From IMG/VR virus record IMGVR_UViG_3300023278_002893, positions 62,001-126,000 of that record: 64,000 bases of DNA. One strand, written 5' to 3'. Below are positions 63,501-64,000 of the stretch, piece by piece. Within the stretch, counting starts at the first letter, position 1. Every line of letters begins with the position of its first letter. The translations under genes were made by a program, and so were the position numbers. Below the pieces are notes generated by a model, which saw only the letters and a list, made by a program, of their open reading frames with translations, was not told where the DNA came from and ran no database searches.

Positions 63501-64000
63501 TGAGTAATTGATGGAGGTGGTGTTTCTGTTGTCCGTAAGCACATCTCCCAAAGGATCCCAAAAATGGTTTGGTCCTTGATGGGGTATGGCTGCCTGAGTT
63601 ATCCGAGGATATATCCTCGCTTGGTATAAAATGGCCTGGGGAAAATTATCTATCTGGTAAGGAGACTTACCCTCCGTGGTGGAGCCCCCAGTACTTCCCT
63701 GGACGTTAAGCTCAAATTCGGCGGCGGCTGAAGATTCAAATCGAATCCAACGGGCAAAGGAAGAAGAACCTGCCCAATCAACTAGGTTGGGATCAGAGAC
63801 GTCATCCCCACTAAATAGCGCTGTGTTGGGCCAAGGGGTCTGATTTAGAGTTTCGGAAATTAATTCAAAAACACGGGAAGCCGTGTCGATATTAAAGTGT
63901 CTTCCCAGATCGACTGCAACATGAATGACACCACCCACTCCCCCACACTCCGCTACGCCGGGAGTATATTCCCTATCAACGGTGTTGTCTACGGGCAGTG
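60564..64000 (-). CDS. Large putative virion protein with discoidin (F5/8)-like and LamG-like domains; 5'-partial
   Basis: Frame stays open to the window edge; MVDGDNGTFW (discoidin-like), GTVEFWFQPDW...HVALVW...IVVDG...IKIYN (LamG-like). Confidence 0.65.
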   Translation of the reverse strand, partial: LPVDNTVDREYTPGVAECGGVGGVIHVAVDLGRHFNIDTASRVFELISETLNQTPWPNTALFSGDDVSDPNLVDWAGSSSFARWIRFESSAAAEFELNVQGSTGGSTTEGKSPYQIDNFPQAILYQARIYPRITQAAIPHQGPNHFWDPLGDVLTDNRNTTSINYSDYPVICFDLNRPYRLSTFSAATELRRDLLTPGAKPATDDKGYWDVDDDSNFTYSNKSFIGVGSPENVEYSDWGTATPSTAIRWVAVRGDSNLLQSDLASQPKQYNFNTQGGTLFGVNFAPAQPEIFTENSNWFSTTRAGLQDVSTFNNTQGNLYSLLEGVDYGASHNSSDVNTIGDPFFLWDGKFDEISEDDYWGVFTKNTLTDLVVPGSEFPHYVWRVFHDAYRGDVITKEIKAITVLGYDTEFYPTDFKIQTLTNSESDPTLDASWLDIDQASFTGVDSYNEGIGFTHIFINTIETSGMRVYVEDSVYPDESVLNEPNEVGQSNQFGIGRGPQTRVVSIQLFEETVSSANIQGLIETNHAWGSTASSLTFVPEHQASYMVDGDNGTFWQATGFTDTLTVTLAEPKTVNRFEWEMDESYAKQVGTGLRTNAPATFTLKANPGSVEQVVLTEEDFVGLTFSGTLNPPITADTWTLEVDSVQGQGEDANSIVIHEFRLLESEIQLTPLVEMADVPEVHPNSTNQRGTKITYAVDSVAVAAVSLDGIDANNDADFSERDFFVFWMKINDIALLDTNFGTIRLGNDRDISYVWNMKELSLQSGWNEIKLQFKSAADRSEIPFQPGASYDLNTGESQVDFVTADFVITSSVDGNYTRNVFDAPGIRYFELEFRGVGSSRNLELILDDMQFVRNNFDDVCNFTPSLYLNNSETFTIYQEGLDISIGTVEFWFQPDWGETGRVNQFTDVLPSIFKITRPDGKFMTFFFRPGIGFIVIINDLERLYQFQSKIENYTFAKYQTMHVALVWDVNGSIGPLNSTVQIVVDGEIVYGSNRSWEGVREGGASVMFGGEVGQAIAAAPQNETATTFTPVPTQPATNTASTWALLENIKIYNYAKTDFSDRFDRDLLRSQLLKPSDMIEISLDNVNFHSSGSDDLPLVSLGVEDGEEATIYIRSNIPKDITGNENRDASLLVRWKTPLVNCD

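Noticed and set aside
1-64000. Stop-codon reassignment, as in some large phages
   Set aside because: Conserved genes are full length in the standard code, and TAA, TAG and TGA all terminate genes.

Overview
This window looks like a 64-kb segment of a large tailed (probably jumbo) bacteriophage. Essentially every real gene is on the minus strand and tightly packed, and the standard genetic code is used. No capsid, terminase or integrase gene is in view, so the phage call is an inference from gene content. In transcription order (right to left): (1) large Ser/Thr/Gly-rich virion or tail-fibre-like proteins (50.7-64 kb); (2) a replication/recombination block with beta clamp, RecA, DnaB, primase, a double-OB SSB, DnaJ, RuvC and a RecB-like nuclease; (3) an 11-gene NDP-sugar/glycosyltransferase cluster; (4) a family A DNA polymerase and an intein-containing class II ribonucleotide reductase; (5) ClpP, RNase HII, a PyrE-like PRTase, Fpg, an N4/N6 DNA methylase, an exonuclease and endonuclease VII; (6) PhoH, Rad52 and a single-AAA Clp ATPase; (7) a second glycosyltransferase/methyltransferase block running off the left edge. 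The most striking element absent from the ORF track is a circularly permuted (two-piece) tmRNA gene at about 12.09-12.46 kb. It encodes an unusually long 32-aa tag ending in FAFAA and co-occurs with ClpP, a ClpP-docking single-module ATPase and DnaJ, which suggests a phage-encoded ribosome-rescue and proteolysis system. Also noted: five related sigma70-type promoters, two further structured intergenic regions, a clamp-binding-like motif in PolA, and pervasive x-Ser-Gly motifs in virion proteins that may be glycosylation sites. All functional calls are from motif recognition by eye; no searches were run.
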